Assembly (NCBI RefSeq): GCF_964194155.1
Contig: NC_135884.1
Span: 37,820,001-37,884,000, forward strand
Length of the DNA: 64,000 nucleotides
Reading direction: 5' to 3'
DNA from: Cetorhinus maximus
Taxonomy: Eukaryota
Shown here in pieces: positions 61,788 to 64,000 of the stretch. The first letter of the stretch is position 1. Every line of letters starts with the position of its first letter. Position numbers and translations under genes: made by a program. The notes under the pieces are model-generated. The model worked only from the letters and a program-made list of their open reading frames with translations. It had not been told where the DNA came from and searched no databases.

Positions 61788-64000
61788 AGGGAACAGAGTT
61801 TGCAGTAGGGATCCAAGACAATGGCTTCTATCTTCCGAATATTTGTCTGATAAGCAGTCTGATGATTTAGCAACAATGGAGGAGTTGAGTGAAGCGTCCT
61901 CTGCATATATGTGAAAACTAACACTGTACTTTTGGATAATGTGGCCGAGGGGCAGCACATATGAGAAATAGGAGGGGACCAATGATAAATACTTGGGGAG
62001 ACACCAGAGCTATAACTACAGGAGTAGAAGAGAAGCTACTGCAAGTAATAATCCAGCTACAATTAGATAGATAAGAATGGAATAAGGAGAGTGCAGTTCC
62101 ACCCAGCTGGATGGTAGCTGCATTGAAGGAGGATGGTGTGTTCAACCATTTCAAAGGCTGCAGACAGGCCAGGAGGGATGAGATTTTCACAGTTCACATA
62201 ACATGTCACTTATACCTTTATTAAGAGCCATTATGGTATTATGGCAGTAACAGAAATTCAATTAGACTGATTCAAACATGGAGTTCTGGGAAAGATTGCA
62301 TGGTTTTGGGAGGCAACAGCATATTCAAGGACTTTGGAGAGGAATGGGAGTTTGGATTTGTGCCTGTAGTTTGCAAGAATGGTGGAGTCAAGGGTTGACT
62401 TTTTTGAGGAGAGGGTTGATGACAGCAGATTTAAAGGATAGATGACATCACCTGAAGAAAGAGAACTGTTAACAATATCAGTTCACATCGTGACCTGGAG
62501 GAGAAATTGGGGGTTAGCAGATTAGTGGGAATAGGGTGAAGGGAATAGGCAGTGGTTCTCATGGACATGATGAGCTTGGAGAGGGCATGACGGGAGATAG
62601 GAGAGAAAGTAGAGAAAATTGCGATTTCAGGGCTAGGCCGGGGGGAGCTTTAGGGGAAGTTTGGCCCAGTAGGCTATTTGAAAGGAAGGAAGTGGCACAA
62701 GCAACTAATTGGATGATCTTGCCCTTCATCAGAAAGAAGTTCCGATCTGGTGATGGATGGCTAAACCAGTAATCCATCATATCCTTTCAAGTCTACATCC
62801 CTTGAACTTAAGTAACCAGAGATGACGAGTGTATTCGGGGAATGGTCAGGATCAGAAAGAGTAATGGTTTTATTGGCCATTTGGGCAAAGTTAAGTGAGG
62901 GTGTCCTTGAGCAAATCCATAGCTGCAGAAATGTTGTGGTGAATGGAGGACCAAAAGCTAAACAGTTGTTTGTGAATTAGGGAAACAGTTTCTTCCAGGA
63001 GTGGGTACAGGAGAAGATACATTTGGGGCAAGGAATGGGGATGTGGGTAGAGAGTGATACAAGGAAGTGATCAGAGATAGCTTTATCTACCTTGCTCACA
63101 CTCAGGCAACACATTGATTTTAAAATTCTCATCTTTGTTTCCCTCCATAGCGTCACCACCTCCTGATTTTTATAACTTCCACCAGTCTCACAGCCCTCCG
63201 AAATCTCTGGCTTGCAAGTTTTGGCCTCTTGCTCATCTCTGATTTTCATTACTCCAGCATTGGAGGCCATGCCTTCAGCAACCTAAGCCCCAAGCTCTGA
63301 AATTCACACCCTAAACCTCAGTAACTCTCTCTCCTCCTTTAAGATGCTTCTTAAAGCCTACCTCTTTGACCAAGCTTTTAGTGACCTGTCATAACATCTC
63401 CTTATGTGGTTTAGTGTCCAATTTTGTCTGGTAACACTTCTGGGAAGTGCCTGGGACATTTCACTATATTAAAGGTGTCATATAAATGCAAGTTGCTGTT
63501 GTAGTAGTTATAAGATCTCACATGAAACAAATGAGTATTTACCTCAGAGCCAGCACATGGATAAAGTTGTAAATACAGTATTAATATATTAGTACATTCC
63601 CACTCTGAGTTTTTAATTGTGTCCAGCCACTCTGACTAACTCCAACCTAAATACAGCAAACTCAAAACATACACAGAAATTAAAAATGCATAGGCTTTGC
63701 TCTGATATGAAATGTGAAATATTTTGTTACATCCAGATTAACATATTTTTCAAACCCATTACCTTTTTTTAATATCAAGATGCCGGTTAACCTTATATAA
63801 ATGTGAAACTCAAACACTCAGACTGGTGTGCAAATGAAATGGAACACAGAAAACAGCCTACATCTTAGCCAAAAAAAAGGAAAACAACTAACTGAAACAA
63901 AATTCCAGAAATTCTTTTCAACAAACTGCAAGTAAAAAAAAATTGAAATGAAACATTTGGAACCAGTTGCAAACATAGTGTGATAGTTTACTCCTTATTA

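Larger units (their letters stand above)
60564..63090 (-). mobile_element. Inner L2, from the APE C-terminus (SDH motif) to the tail
   Basis: VDKAISDHFLV at the 5' end; GPLLFLI, FHIYAED (RT); (gtt)n tail; atctac at both junctions. Confidence 0.88.
60233..63505 (+). mobile_element. Outer L2 (60233-60563 plus 63091-63505)
   Basis: AAETLIHAFIISRFNCSNALLAG..HSPI resumes as DFKIL at ~63115; tail aaatgcaagttgctgttg. Confidence 0.85.

Noticed and set aside
1-64000. Most short ORFs in the supplied track as genes
   Set aside because: Eukaryotic repeat-rich DNA; many start at GTG/TTG, lie antisense to TE ORFs or have no recognisable motif.
1-64000. CRISPR array, operons or prokaryotic defence systems
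   Set aside because: No repeat-spacer array or prokaryotic gene organisation was seen.

Overview
Eukaryotic, vertebrate-type genomic DNA, most likely from a cartilaginous fish (shark-like), judged only from the repeat families. It reads as a large intron or intergenic region, roughly half made of decayed transposons: CR1, L2, RTE and Tx1 LINEs, a Gypsy LTR element, Penelope-like elements, three tRNA-derived SINE types, and many PIF/Harbinger relics and MITEs. There is one H2B pseudogene. I could not identify a host protein-coding gene; there are only weak short exon candidates on the minus strand. Most entries in the ORF track are transposon fragments or chance ORFs. The most notable observations are: (1) an ORF-less ~815-bp element with a 12-bp TSD whose 66-bp inverted ends carry a minimal hammerhead ribozyme; (2) several local templated duplications or insertions; (3) an L2 with twin-priming-type 5' inversion geometry; (4) a coherent Harbinger family with a spliced Myb gene, a convergent transposase and MITEs sharing ends and 3-bp TSDs, one type built as a string of hairpins. 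Family names are from recalled motifs, not database searches, and boundaries of old repeats are approximate.
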